Shown here: positions 13,001-25,495 of the stretch, in pieces
Layout: every line of letters starts with the position of its first letter
How positions within the stretch are numbered: the stretch's first letter is position 1
Assembly (NCBI RefSeq): GCF_009914755.1
Contig: NC_060932.1
DNA from: the human T2T-CHM13v2.0 reference genome, Homo sapiens
Strand: one strand, 5' to 3'
DNA length: 64,000 nucleotides
The notes under the pieces: generated by a model
The model's database searches: none
Told to the model about the DNA's origin: nothing
The model's input: only the letters and a program-made list of their open reading frames with translations
Position numbers and translations under genes: made by a program

Positions 13001-16000
13001 GCTTAGGTATCAAGGTAATAATGCCCTCATAAAATGCGTTAGGAAGTATTGTCTGTATCTCTATTTTTGGAAGAATAGAAGAATTATTGGTAATAATTCT
13101 TCTTTGAATGTTTGATAGAATTCAGCTCTGAAGCCAACTGGTCCTGGGCTTTTTTGGTTGGAAGGTTTTTAACTACTTCTTTATTCTCTTGATTTGTTAT
13201 TGGTAAATTCAAGCTTTCTATTTCTTCCTGATTCAATCTTGGTAGGTTATATTTTTCTATAAATTTATTCATCTCCTCTAGGTTATACCATTTATTGGCA
13301 TACAATTGTTCAGAATAGTTCCTTATGATCCTTTCTATTTCTGATGTGTCTGTTGTAATGTCTCCACTTTCATTAGTGATTTTATTTGTTTGAGTCTTGT
13401 CTCTTTTATTTCTTAGTCTAGCTAGAGGACTATTGATTCTGTTTATTTTTTTCAAGGAGCCAATTCTTTGTTTTATGAATTTTATCTATGGTTTTTCTGT
13501 TTTTTATTTATTTCTGTTCTGATCTTTATTATTTCTCTCCTGCTAACTTTAGGTTTCAGTTGTTACTCTTTTTTTTTTAGCTCCTTGAGGCATATTGTTA
13601 GGCTATTTATTTGGGATCTTTCTTCTTTTTTAATGTAGGCATGTATTGCTATAAACTTGCCTCTTAGTACTATTGTTGTTGCAGTTCATAGGTTTTCGTA
13701 GGTTATGTTTCCATTGTCATTTTTCTCCAGATATTTTTAAATTTCCTTTTGACTTCTTCTTTAACCCATTTGTTGCTCAGGAACATGTTTAATCTCCACA
13801 TATTTGCGAATTTTTCAAGATTCCTCCTGTTGTCGACTTCTAGTTTCATACTGTTGTGGTTGGAAAAAAATGGTACATATAATTTCAATCTTCTATGGGA
13901 CTGACATAGGGGCTTTCCTGAAGAATGTTCTATGTGCGCTAGAGAAGAATGTTTATTCTGCTGCTATTAGATTGAAAGTTCCATATATGTCTGTTAGGTC
14001 CATTTGGCCTAAAGTGAAGCTCAAATCCAGTGTTTCCTTATTAATTTTATGTCTGATTGATCTATCCATTGATGAAAGGGGGGTGTTGAAGTCCCCAGCT
14101 ATTATTGTATTGCTATCTAGTTCTTCATTCATGTCCATCAATATTTGCTTTATATACTTAGGTATTCCAATGCTGGGTGCATATATATTTCCAATTGTTT
14201 TGTCTTCTTAATAGGTTAGCCCTTTTACCATTACATAATGACCTTCTTTGCTCTTACAACAGTTTTTAACTTGAAGTCTATTTATCTGCTATAAACAGCC
14301 ATCTCTGCTCTTTCAGTTACTATTTGCATGGAATATCTTTTTTCACTCCCTTCACTTTCAGCCTGTGTATGTCCCTAAAGCTACAATGGGTCTCTTGTAG
14401 GCAGCATAAAGTTGGATGTTGGGTTTTTATTCATTTAGACACCCTCTGCCTTTTGATTGGAAAGTTTAATCCATTTACATTCAGTTATTATTGATAATAG
14501 TTACTATTGATAGGTATTGACTTAACTCTTGCCATTTTGTTAATTGTTTTCGGTTGTTTTGTAGATTCTTTTTCCTTTCTTCCTCTTTTGTTGTCTGCCT
14601 TTGTGATTTGTTGATTTTCTGTAGTGCTAAGCTTTGATTCCCTTTTCTTCCTTATTTGTGTATTTGTTATAGTTTTTTGCTTTGTGTACCATGGGGCTTA
14701 CATAAAACATCTTATAGTTATAATTGATTATTATAAGATGATAACTACTTAACTTTGATCACATAAAAATACTCTAGACTTTTAACCTCTCCCCTGTCAT
14801 CCACAATTTATGTTTTTGTTGTCACAATTTACATATTTTTATATCGCATATTTCTTAGCAACTTAATGTAGCCACAGTTATTTTTGACCATTTTGATGTT
14901 TAACCTTCATACTAGAGAGTTGAAAGATTTACACGCCACCACTACAGTAATTACATATTCTGAATTTGACAATAAATGTACCTCTACTGGCGAGTTTTAT
15001 ATTGTCATATGTTTTCATGATAGTAATCATCATCCTTTTGTTTCTGGTTAAACAATTCCCCTAAATATTTCTTATAAGGCAGGTCTAGTAGTGATAAATT
15101 TTCTTAGCTTTTGCTTCTCTGGCAAAGACTTTATTTCTCCTTTATTTTTGAAAGTCAGCACTACTAAGTGTAATATTCTTGGCTGACAGGTTTTTTTTCT
15201 TTCAGCACTTTTAAGTATATTTCTCCCTTCTCTTCTGGCTTGCAAGGTTTCTGCTGATAAATCTGCTGACAGTCTAATGGAGATTTCCTGATATGTCATT
15301 TGACATTTTTCTCTTGCTGCTTTTTAAATTCTCTCTGTGTCTTTGATTTCTGACATTTTTATTGTAATATGACTTGGTGGGGCCCTCTTTGGGTTGAACC
15401 TGTTTGGAGATCATTAAGCTTCATAAATCTGCATGTCCATTTTCTCCCAAGACTTGAGAATTTTTCAGCAACTCATTTGTTAAATAAGTTTTCCATGCCT
15501 TTCCCCTTCTTCTCCCTCTAACAACCCCATATTTAAATATTTTGTCACTTAATGAGTGTCTTATAAATCCCATAGGCTTTCCTCACTCTTTTTTCCTCCT
15601 GACTAGGTTATTTCAAAAGACTTCTTTTCAAGTTCAGAGATTCTTTCTTCTGCTTGATCTAGTCTGCTGTTGAAGCTGTCAATTTTAAAATTTTATTCAT
15701 GGAGTTATTCAGCTATAAGATTTCTGTTTGGTTAGTTTTTATGATAGCTATCTCTTTGTGGACTTTCTCATTCAGATCATGAATTGTTTTCCTAATTTTG
15801 TTGCATTGTCTATCTGTATTCTCTTGTTTCCTTAAAATTATTAGGTTTAATTCCTTTTTAAGCAATTTCAATTTCTTTGTGGCCAGTTACTAGGGAATTA
15901 TGGTCTTCCTTTTGTGGTGTCATGTTTCCTTGCTTTTTCATATTTCTTATGTCCCTATGTTGATGCCTGTGCATCCAGTGGAACAGTTGCCTCTTCTAAT

Positions 16001-17875
16001 TTTATAGAGGGCTTTCATAGGGAAAGACTTTCGCCTGTAGATGAGTCCTAGAGTGTCAGGTCAGCAGAGTACTTGGCTCTGCTTCTGAGTGGGTGCAGTA
16101 ATGTAGTCTCTGTGCAGCTTCTTCAGCTGTGATTAATATCAGCAATGACTGCAAGTACCTCAGTGTCTTCGGCTGTAGGAGTTTGTGGCAGTGGTGGTGG
16201 CATGGTAGTTTGTTAGGGTTCTTGGCAGCAAGGGCATTAGGGGTTCTCCTGTTGTCATTTTCCCCACAGTGGGCACACTTAGCTGAGGGGATCCCTGTTA
16301 TTATCAGGTGTGACATGGGCCACAGGCAGCCATAGCATCACTGTGTTCAAGGGCACATGTGATTGGAATGGCTGTAGAACTGGGGTCCTGGGCTCAGTGT
16401 CTTGTTGAACTACTGTGGCACCTGTGATGTGGGCACAGGTCCATTCTCTGAGGCACAGGTGGATGCAGGTCTCCCACCAAGCCAAGGACTGTGACTCTAA
16501 GGCATTTCCCAGTAGCTTGGGCCCAGGGTTCAAGGATGTAGCTGTGACTCTAATCCTGGGGATCAGGGCACAGCATTGACATGGCTCCAGGGAAGAAGGG
16601 GTGTTCTAGACGCTCAGTCCCCAGAGAGCAGGCAACAGCTGCAATTCAGGTCTTAGAACCAATAGGGCACAGTGGCAACTCAGGCATCAGAAGTGGGGGT
16701 ACTGCATAGTGATGACTATGGTCCCAGAGCAGTGGGATACAGCAGTAGGTCAGTCTCTGTGACGCCAGGTGCAGTGGCAGCAAGGACCCAAGAACAGTGG
16801 AGCACAGTTACTGCTTGGGCTCTGGGAAGCAGGTGCCACTTCTGGAGTCAATTCAGACTCCAGAGGGCTGGCCCAGACCCAGGAAGGTGGGGCACGGCAG
16901 CTGTTCAGCCCAGGGGTGGGGCAGCACAGCTCAGCCAAGGCTGTTTCTCTGGGGGCCAGTATACCACATCAGCTCAGCACTATGGGGTGTGGCTGCTCTG
17001 CTGGGCTGGGATCCAGGAACCTGAAGAGCACACTGCCATAAGGGCTTGGATACCAGGGATGTAACTGCTCCCCTAGACCAAAGTTCCAACTTCCTGGGGG
17101 TGGGACATTGGGCTGGTTCAGGCACTGAAGTGCATGCCTGCTCCACTGGGCCTTGGGTCCAAGTAGCTGGGGCTGGGGCACAGTAGCAACTTGGATGGGG
17201 GAAATGGGGTGGCTTCTAGGTAGCTTGTTCCCAGGGGGTATGGAGTTGCTGCAGCTCAGTTGGGGAATGTTGCACTACCATGTTTGAAAGCATGGTGCAA
17301 TGGTGGCCAGGCCTCAGAGATAAACAGATACAGTGGCTACTGGACCCCCAAGCAGGACACACTCTAGCAGTGGCTCTGGTTTCCAGATGGCACAGTGCAG
17401 TAGCAGCTTGGCCTACAAGAGTTGAGGCACAATGTGGGCTCCTTCTTTGGAGCAGTGCAGCTATGTGAACTCCAGGCAGCTCCCCAAGCTGAGCTCAGGG
17501 ACCTTGAGGACTGTAGAATTCTCCAGTGGTGAAGACTGCTGGTGTCCACAATGGTAATAGGGGCTGCTGGGTACCTCCTGCTTACCTTTTCCCCCCAGGA
17601 AGGAGTCCTTCCTGGTTCTGAGCTGAATAAGAGAATGGGGTGGCACAGGTGGGGTGGCAAGGGTGTGGCATGATTCCTCCTCTTCTGTATGAGCCCATAC
17701 TTAGTGTTTGTGCTCCACTGGATTTCTGCCACTCCTGCTGTACTCCCGCACTCTTCTTCAGCCACTGTGGTCAAAATGTAGTTGTTTATTCATTGTTTAT
17801 TCATTTTTTGTGGGGGTAGTCCAGGAAATGGGTGTTGGGCACTTTTAGTCAGCCATCTTGCTGATATCACTCCTC
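10093..17875 (-). mobile_element. Near full-length old L1 (L1MA9/10-like), ORFs disrupted
   Basis: 3' end at ~10093; ORF2 remnants (IIAGDFNTPLS endonuclease motif 13953-14141; GDITTD..YSEQLYANK 13084-13455); ORF1 remnant (IRLSADLSAETLQARRE 15072-15299); long 5' UTR ending in CAAGATGGC (minus, 17852-17860); degenerate TSD tctagctctt/tctaactctt. Confidence 0.9.
10554..10918 (-). mobile_element. THE1 (C/D-like) MaLR solo LTR nested in the L1
   Basis: Minus strand begins TGATATGTTCTGGCTCTGTGTCCCCACCCAAATCTCATCTTGAATTGT; 5-bp TSD attgg/actgg. Confidence 0.92.
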
Positions 17876-20800
17876 TCTAACTCTTAATATGATTGTAAGT
17901 AACTTAAACATCAGCAAAATTAATCATGCCTTGGTAAATTACAAACTATAAAGTAAAAAGAACAGAAACACTGGTGATCAGTTACCAGGCTTTTCCCTCC
18001 TAGCAGATACCAAACCTGGTCACTGATGGAAAGGGCTTCTGGTCTAACATTTGATGTAAATCTTCTAGTGGCTACCATTATATCTAAACAGCATAATAGT
18101 TTGATTTTTGGTTTGGCTACCAGATAAATCACACTGATTATCAATTCTGAATAAGATCTATTGCCGCCTTGCCATGAACAATGAAAAATAGTAAACATTT
18201 ATGACAATCTCATAAAGGATAGTAATGCTGAAAGAAAGCTTTCTAAGCCACCATTAATTAAAAATAAATAAATTTGATTAACCACATTAGAAAAAGATTG
18301 GATTAGCTTTCCATTCTTTCTGTATAAAATATTATAAGAGCATTGTCAATAAAGGGCTTTTGAGAGAATTAAACGAGACAGCACATTCAAAGCACTGAGA
18401 CCCATCCTGCACAGAGAAGGGCTCAGGTATTTGTTGGGAGAATTAATGACAAGCACTGCTGAGACAGAAGGAGTCGGGGCAGAGGGGCATTTCCAGGCCC
18501 AGGAGCACATGTTCACATCACTCCTTCCCCAGTCTCACAACAGACCTAAGATTTAAGAGATAGAGGGCAGGCCATGTGACGGATAAAGAAGGAAGGAGGA
18601 AAAGAAGGCTGAACCAGATGTAACCCAAACACCCAGCACTGTTTTCGGGAACTAACTTCAGCAAAAGGTGCAAAGTGGAGGTGTGGGGACATGGCCAGCA
18701 AGTCCCTCTTTCCCTCACTGCCCCCTGAGCATTCTGAGAAATTTAAAACTAACTCATGATTTGATATTTCTACCACTTCCCCATCTTTTCTCTCAAGCTG
18801 TAAGTATCAACTTATCTGAATTTTAACCAACGCTTTAGAAAAAGAAAACCTCCAAAATTCTAGTGGGGGTTTAATGCTCATACTGTTTTTCTATAAGATA
18901 AACAGTAAAAATATCTTTTTAAAAAAATTATTTTTTCCAGATGCTTCCAAGTACTCAAAACAACGTGCAGCCCATAACTTTAAGTTACCTTGTCCAGACC
19001 CACTTACTATTTAACCAGTCGATATGTTATCGCCTCAGAACTGTAATTATGTTTATGCCTTTTGAACAAGCTGATGAAAAGAAACATTTGCTTAAGGTTC
19101 CCATCAATGAATGCAGAGCTTAGATTAGTCTTTAGCTTATACAAACGTTATGCTTATTAATTCAGAATATTCATTCAGTTATTGAAACATGATGACAAAA
19201 CTGTACAGTGAAAGACTGATTCTCTATTATACATATTAGCATTGCACAGAAATCCTTTGGCTCAGGAATAACTGTCCGAGACTCAGGATTCATATATCTC
19301 TTTGAATTTTTAAAACGGTGATTTAGGTATCAAAACTATAACATCAATGCTCTGAATACACAGATTATAAATTATCAAAATAAGTCCATTCTGATTAAGA
19401 ACTCTCCAGCTGGATTTCAGCTTAAGAAATTCTAAAACTGCCTATGCGCAGTCCAGTCCACGCCAACAACCACAGCATCCTTTTTAATTAAAAGCCAGTG
19501 AGATGACTCATGCCACCTGTTTCATTGATCCTGCTATATTCCTATTTTGGTCAGAGTTCTCTTTTGAGGATTAAAACTTTTATGAAAACAAATAGCAAAT
19601 ATTTATTCAAATTGATTACTATTGTTTCACATCCTGACAACTACATTTCCTACTATAAAATTATATTTATCTGTATTAATTTAATAACACAAGGATTATT
19701 CAAAGTGACAATCACAGTGGTAAATGTAGCTGTTGGAAGGGCTAGTAGCTAAAGCAACTATTATACACTTTCACATATCAATGAAATAGCCTTCCTAAAA
19801 TTTGTTATAGACCCATAAAAGTAGATTCTTAAAAATCTGCCTACTTAGACACATTTCAATGGAATGTTTACATCTCAGTAATTATATTGAACAGAATGAA
19901 ATATAACAAATCCAAGGAGAAAGGAATGGTGAGGGGTGGGGGAAGGGGTGGTCATCATGCTTTTATGACTGGATCCAGATGACATATCATTAATTGTTGA
20001 AGCTCTCTAGACTTTGAGTTCGACGTGGAGTTGATAGGGAGACTTCTGCAGAAGCCCTGTACTCAGACAGCAATCTGCTCCCACTTACAGAGCTCCATGA
20101 GTGGGATTTGCAGGCTGTCCATATTATATTGCCTTATTTGCCATCATTTTAGTCACTAGTCAATTAGCTGTGAAGACAAGAGTCAAAATAAAGGGGAAAA
20201 AAGGTGATGGTCTAACTGCACTGTCTGCCTAGATGAGGTGAAATCTTTTCTTTTAAACGCAACACAGAATGTAATTAATGTAAAGCAGAGGAACCTTTCA
20301 CAAACAACAGGATCAGAGATTCCAATTACTCCCTCCTCTGTTCTTCAGGAACTTCTTGGGAGGTAATTATAAAACTCTTCCTGTAAGTAAAATGCAACAA
20401 GACTCCAACCATTGCTTCCCAGTGGGTTATGTGAGAAACAAGAAGCACAGAATGATTCTCACAGGTCAGCGTGTGTGTGAGTCAGCTGGAGTCCTGAGGC
20501 ATCTCTCAGAGATTTGGGGGCAGTCACTCCCTGGCGGGCCAGCGATCTGGCCTTGAAGGAGTCCTTGGGGCCACCTAGGGTAAGAGTTTGGGGCCCTAGG
20601 AACTGTGAGGAAGAGTTAAACAGAACCCCGAACACATGATGTGGGTTGTGGCCTTCCCCCTAAATGCAAATGAGAGCTTGACAAAGGGAACCCGCAGGCA
20701 GCCAGCTGAGGTCTTAACATCCAAGTGGATCCTTTTGTGAAATCCATTCCTCTCTTCACCAAATCATTCACATTAGCCATTACATGAAGTCTTTGGTGTT

Positions 20801-21870
20801 TTTCCTTTTGCTACACACATTACTCATACAGGGAAGGGAAGTGAGCTGAGAGTTCAAGGGCACTTTTGACTAGAACCAGATGAATTGTTGCAGTTGCCTG
20901 GGAAACCTTTGAAAACAACCATACTTGATATGTCAAAGATCTGAAGTTAACAGGAGCCAAAGTCATCTAGAAGGTAAATCCAAGAAAGCTAATGGCATAA
21001 GAGGGACACTCGGCTTGTAAAAGTAGTTCCAATTTGTTATGCGCTCGTGAACTTTTGAAAAGAGGAAAGGATTTTATCATCCTAATTAGCCTATAAGAAT
21101 GATCATCTTAAATGCCAACTTTCCGATTACAGAATAAAATTTAGTGAAGATATTTAGATCCCCTAAACATTTATGCATAGACGATGAAACTAGAGTTTTA
21201 TAATAACCCTAAAACAAAATATAAATGTCTCCATAGATTTGTCCCCTCACGTTCTTTGGAATTCTGTTCCAGTCTAGTAGGTTTTTCTTTCCAGATTTCA
21301 AGTGTAAAATGTATGTCCAATGTAGAGTATCACGTGTTTTATTATAAAACAAAAAATATTTTCTGTGGTAATTCTGAGAAGAAAAAAATTAACAAGTAAA
21401 ACAATGTGATATCATTTTGCATCAAGGAAATATGGATTTAATGGGAAACTTCCTTAAGCTGCATTTTGCTTCAAACGCTGTGTTGCGTAGGGAATCTTCC
21501 ACGAATCTGAATTTGTGATTTTTTCAATATTTTTATCAAAAAAATCACCCCAAAAAGCTGCATAATGAATATTTGTGCACATGACTAATACTAGACTTCA
21601 CATAGTCTTTTATAATAAAATAAATCAAAAGGATAATCGAAGTGAAAACATCTCTGACAGGGAAGTAAAATTTTGTCCCTTGCAACTCAATCCTTCCATG
21701 TTGAGGGACCCATTTCGAGATTAGCATGTTTGGGGAGTTTTATTATTATTTTAGAGATATATGGTTTTGGTGGAGGACGCTGTCCAAAAACGGCTACTTT
21801 CATGCAGAGATTTTCACTTTAAGTTTCAAGACATCTGTTTGGAAACTCCTCGGAGAGTTCATTGCTCTGC

Positions 21871-21887
21871 GCTGCCCTCTTCTGGTG
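21871..21887 (-). promoter_or_regulatory. Candidate CTCF site
   Basis: Minus strand CACCAGAAGAGGGCAGC is close to the CTCF core consensus. Confidence 0.5.
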
Positions 21888-23404
21888 AGCCTGTGTAAAT
21901 GGTTTCTGGAAAACAGTCCAGTGCCGCCATCGTTTCCATCCTCCTCCATTTCCACCCCAATTCATCAATACATTGCTCAAGGGCCTGGATTTCCTATGTG
22001 GTGATGTACAAAGCTGAATTTTAATTCAAATAGTTTAAAGGTATAATCAAAGCAAAGGTTTTTTTAATTTGGAATTTTTTATTTTTACTTTTATTTCGTG
22101 TTGGAAATACAGGTTTTCCCAGATAACTTGCAAAGCCACAAACTAAGGACGCTGTCTCACCTAAAAAGTTTGGTTACAAAGTCAGTAAGAAAAATGATGT
22201 TATTTTTGAATAACATCAAACTAATTTAATGTAGGACTATGAATAATTTAATGTAGGACCATGTTGCTAGGAATGTCATTTTTATCTTGACCACCTGAAC
22301 ATAGCTTACAAGAGAATCACTACTTTGGCATAAATTATTTAGGTTTATCTGAAGGGACCATTCCTGCTAATTTGACAGCAATTTATCTGAAATAGTTAGA
22401 AAGATCAAGGCTCCAAGTTGTGTGCAATAAATGTATTCACCAACTGCCGGAAAATCAGAAGCTCTTCCTGACTGGAACACCACTGTGAGCCTCGCTGTCT
22501 GCTCTCCCCCAGTTACAAGTGCTTTCCTTAACCCACAGTCACGAGACAGAAAACTGTACAACCCTGAGAATCAACAGCTAATTTCTATGTGAACTGGAAG
22601 AACAATCTTGTCATAGTGCTAACGTTATGTGTATATATTGTACCAACAAATAAAAGTGGTTATTATGCTTTGCTCAAGAAACTCATCTACAATCCCAAGT
22701 ACTGCGTAGTGACCAATGCAGTATTTGTCCTTCTGAGCCTCCTTCAAAATACCCATTCAAAAGTCCAAAATAATGTTCATTTTCAGTGACCTAAATTAGC
22801 TAGAGATTTTAAAAAATCTTATGGCTCAAAGAAAGAACCATGAAGTTTGATTCCTCAGTGCCTGTATTCCAGTAAACAGACATATAGCATGCATATGTTG
22901 CAGGTCTCCTATAGCGACAAATGGTTCAAGCATTCAACGTGTCTTCATATTTGATGCTTATTATGTGAAAGCAACAGATGTACTTCTCATCTGAGCACAG
23001 AAAAAGTGATGTTTTTAAAAATCCTAAATAGAAAGTGAGTCAGTCCCAGTGCAAATATAAATCTAAAAGAAATTCCTTACTGTACAAGTAACATTTGCAG
23101 TATTAAATACATTGACTTTTTCGCAGAACTGTCTGCCGAGTATCATACTCAGTCAGATCCCCTCGACCTGGTGAACATGTCTTCGACTGCTCCACAGCCG
23201 GCATTAGAAACAACTCAGGTGGCCGCTGATGGTCATGGTGGACACAGGGCTGCCATGCCCATGCCCACGAGAGGGAGGGGCAAAAGGTGAGCCCTCCTAA
23301 CTCCTCCTTGCGCATCTTGCGCCAGTGGTATGTTTTCTCTCAAAGTTCAACCCAGTGCGATGTAATAAAATAACTTAAATGCATTTTACAATATTTTTTC
23401 TTAC

Positions 23405-23529
23405 CTTTACCTGGCGAACGTCTACAGGTGTGTCGAAAGTTATCTTTTCCTGGATGTGTTCCAAAATGCTCTTATGCTATTTCTCTTAGGATTTCTCCAC
23501 GCTGCCCCATTCAGAAATTTTATTATTTT
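23405..23529 (-). other. Candidate non-coding internal exon
   Basis: Acceptor ttttttttcttctttAG|; tandem donors CAG|GTAAAG and AAG|GTAAGA; stops in all three frames. Confidence 0.5.
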
Positions 23530-23839
23530 CTAAAGAAGAAAAAAAATATGATGTGAAAATTATCATAAGAAAACCATTGATTTTCAATCAAAGCTACACA
23601 AATGCCAAGCCAATGTGATAGCACCTTCCACAACTCTGCCAGGCACTGGTTTTTGCGTGGGATGATGCCAGCTTCTCTCTTCATGTGGCCTTATTAAAAG
23701 CCATGGTTTCCGAGATGTAAAACACCCACAGTTACCTCAATTATTTTTCTCTCCTTACCTCTAGTATTCCCCTGAGGTCACATTCAGTTAAAAACATCCT
23801 GCCCTTCTCCCTACAAAAAGGTTCCATAGAATCAGAACG

Positions 23840-24300
23840 CAGAGGCGCTGCAACTTGCTAACTTTGCTCTGTGTTATTTACCAACCGCACAAAGAAAATG
23901 CTGTCTATTCAGAACTCATTTCAAAACTCTTTTCACTGAGAGTGAGCGAACAAGCGGGCTCATGTCCCGAGCCCAGTCACATCTCCAGCGGTCCGGTGAT
24001 GGCCGTGGGGCTGGCGCCGAGTGGCACGGCCTCCACAGTGGCCCACAAGGGTCTGTTGTCCACGCCGCGTGGACCGCGCAGGCCGGTGGGAGTCAAGAAA
24101 GGGGGAGGGGCGGGGGATCTTCCACTTTCTCACCCCGAGTTTCTTTGCTTGCTTGCCCCGAGTATCTGTCAAGAGGCAGCCCTCTCCCCTCAAGGCCCCT
24201 TCATCCTGAACGTGCATGATGCCCCTGCAGTGACAAATACAGAATCTTAGTGGGCCTGGATTCGAGGCCGAGCTAATCACTGGGTTGCTGCGGGTGGGTA
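23840..24300. promoter_or_regulatory. CpG-enriched patch with GC box
   Basis: Many intact CpGs (cacgccgcgtggaccgcgcaggccgg); GGGGCGGGG at ~24107-24115. Confidence 0.5.
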
Positions 24301-24679
24301 GGTTATTTAAACCACCTGGAAATCAGTTTCTCTGTGTTATGGTGATTGTACCTGGCTCACTGGATTTGAGGAGTAACCAGATTTTAGGACAGACTCTTTC
24401 TCTGTCCGTCCTACTCAGATCCCAGTAGGAAACTTACCCTTCCCCTGCGCCACGGAGTGCAGAGAAAACAGCCCAAAGACTTCTTTAACGACTCTGGATC
24501 CCTCAGCCAGATCACGGATATGGAAAAAGCTTAAATTAGAAAGAGGAGGTCGTGAAGGGACCTCCTTGGCCTCCTGTCCCACGTCCTCAAGGCCTGTGGA
24601 ATGAGAGCTTCAAGGCTTGTTCCCGCAGTTGGGAGATGGGAGCCAGCCACACAGACACAAGCAGACCATGCAGCAGAGT

Positions 24680-25495
24680 CTGTCCCAGAATCTGCCTAAG
24701 ATGGCAGAGGAGTTGGCAAACAGCTCTGGGGGCAGAGCCAGAGAGTATGGACGGATACATGCAGCACAGACTGCACCTGCTGAGCGCAGGTGGGGTTGGA
24801 GGACGGAGGGGAACAAGAGTTCCCAGGACCAGTTGTATGTCCTGGGTCAGCAGGAGAAATCCTGTCCAACATGTGCAAAGGGATCCTTAGAGGTGGGAGG
24901 AGACCAGGGCAAGAAGGGGATGGAGGTTATCCACTGGACAGCCAGGGCTGAGGAAGGTAGGGTCCACTGACGACCTGAAGGAAGGGAGATGCACCCACCA
25001 GGAATGAGGGAGCTGCAAGAATAAGGGAGCTACCGGGGGCTTCCAAAGCCTCACTGCGCCAGCGAGTCCATCATAGAGAGTTGACCCAAACCATCTGCCA
25101 GACCGGAAAACAGGACACCAGCCAGCCAGGTTAGAAGGGGCGGAAGTTTCTACCTCTTCTTCCTGCATGCACCCAACACATGCCCTGCTACAACCATAGC
25201 AGTTGCGGTGAGCTGGCCTGGGAGCAGGAGCCGGGAGACAGCAAGCCTCCTCAGCCTCCCCTCCCCACTGCAGGCATGCAGGCAGGCCATGTGGAGGGGT
25301 TGTAGCTAGGCTAAGGTCAGTTTTTGATTATTGCATGGAACCAGACACTGTAAGTGCTGAAATGAAACTGTGTATGTGATTCCAGTTGACCAGAAGACTT
25401 TTTGAATTATCTGAGAACGAGCAGAAGAGCCATGGGGCCTGCCAGAGTTTTCATCCAGGGGTCATGGACATTGGTCCCACTGAATAAAGTTTACA
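24680..25495 (+). mobile_element. Possible ancient LTR (Gypsy/ERVL-like)
   Basis: Purine-rich LTR-like composition ending in AATAAA (~25483); family not confidently recognised. Confidence 0.3.

Noticed and set aside
13084-15299. Endonuclease-like and ORF1-like ORFs
   Set aside because: Fragmented remnants of a dead L1, not a functional gene
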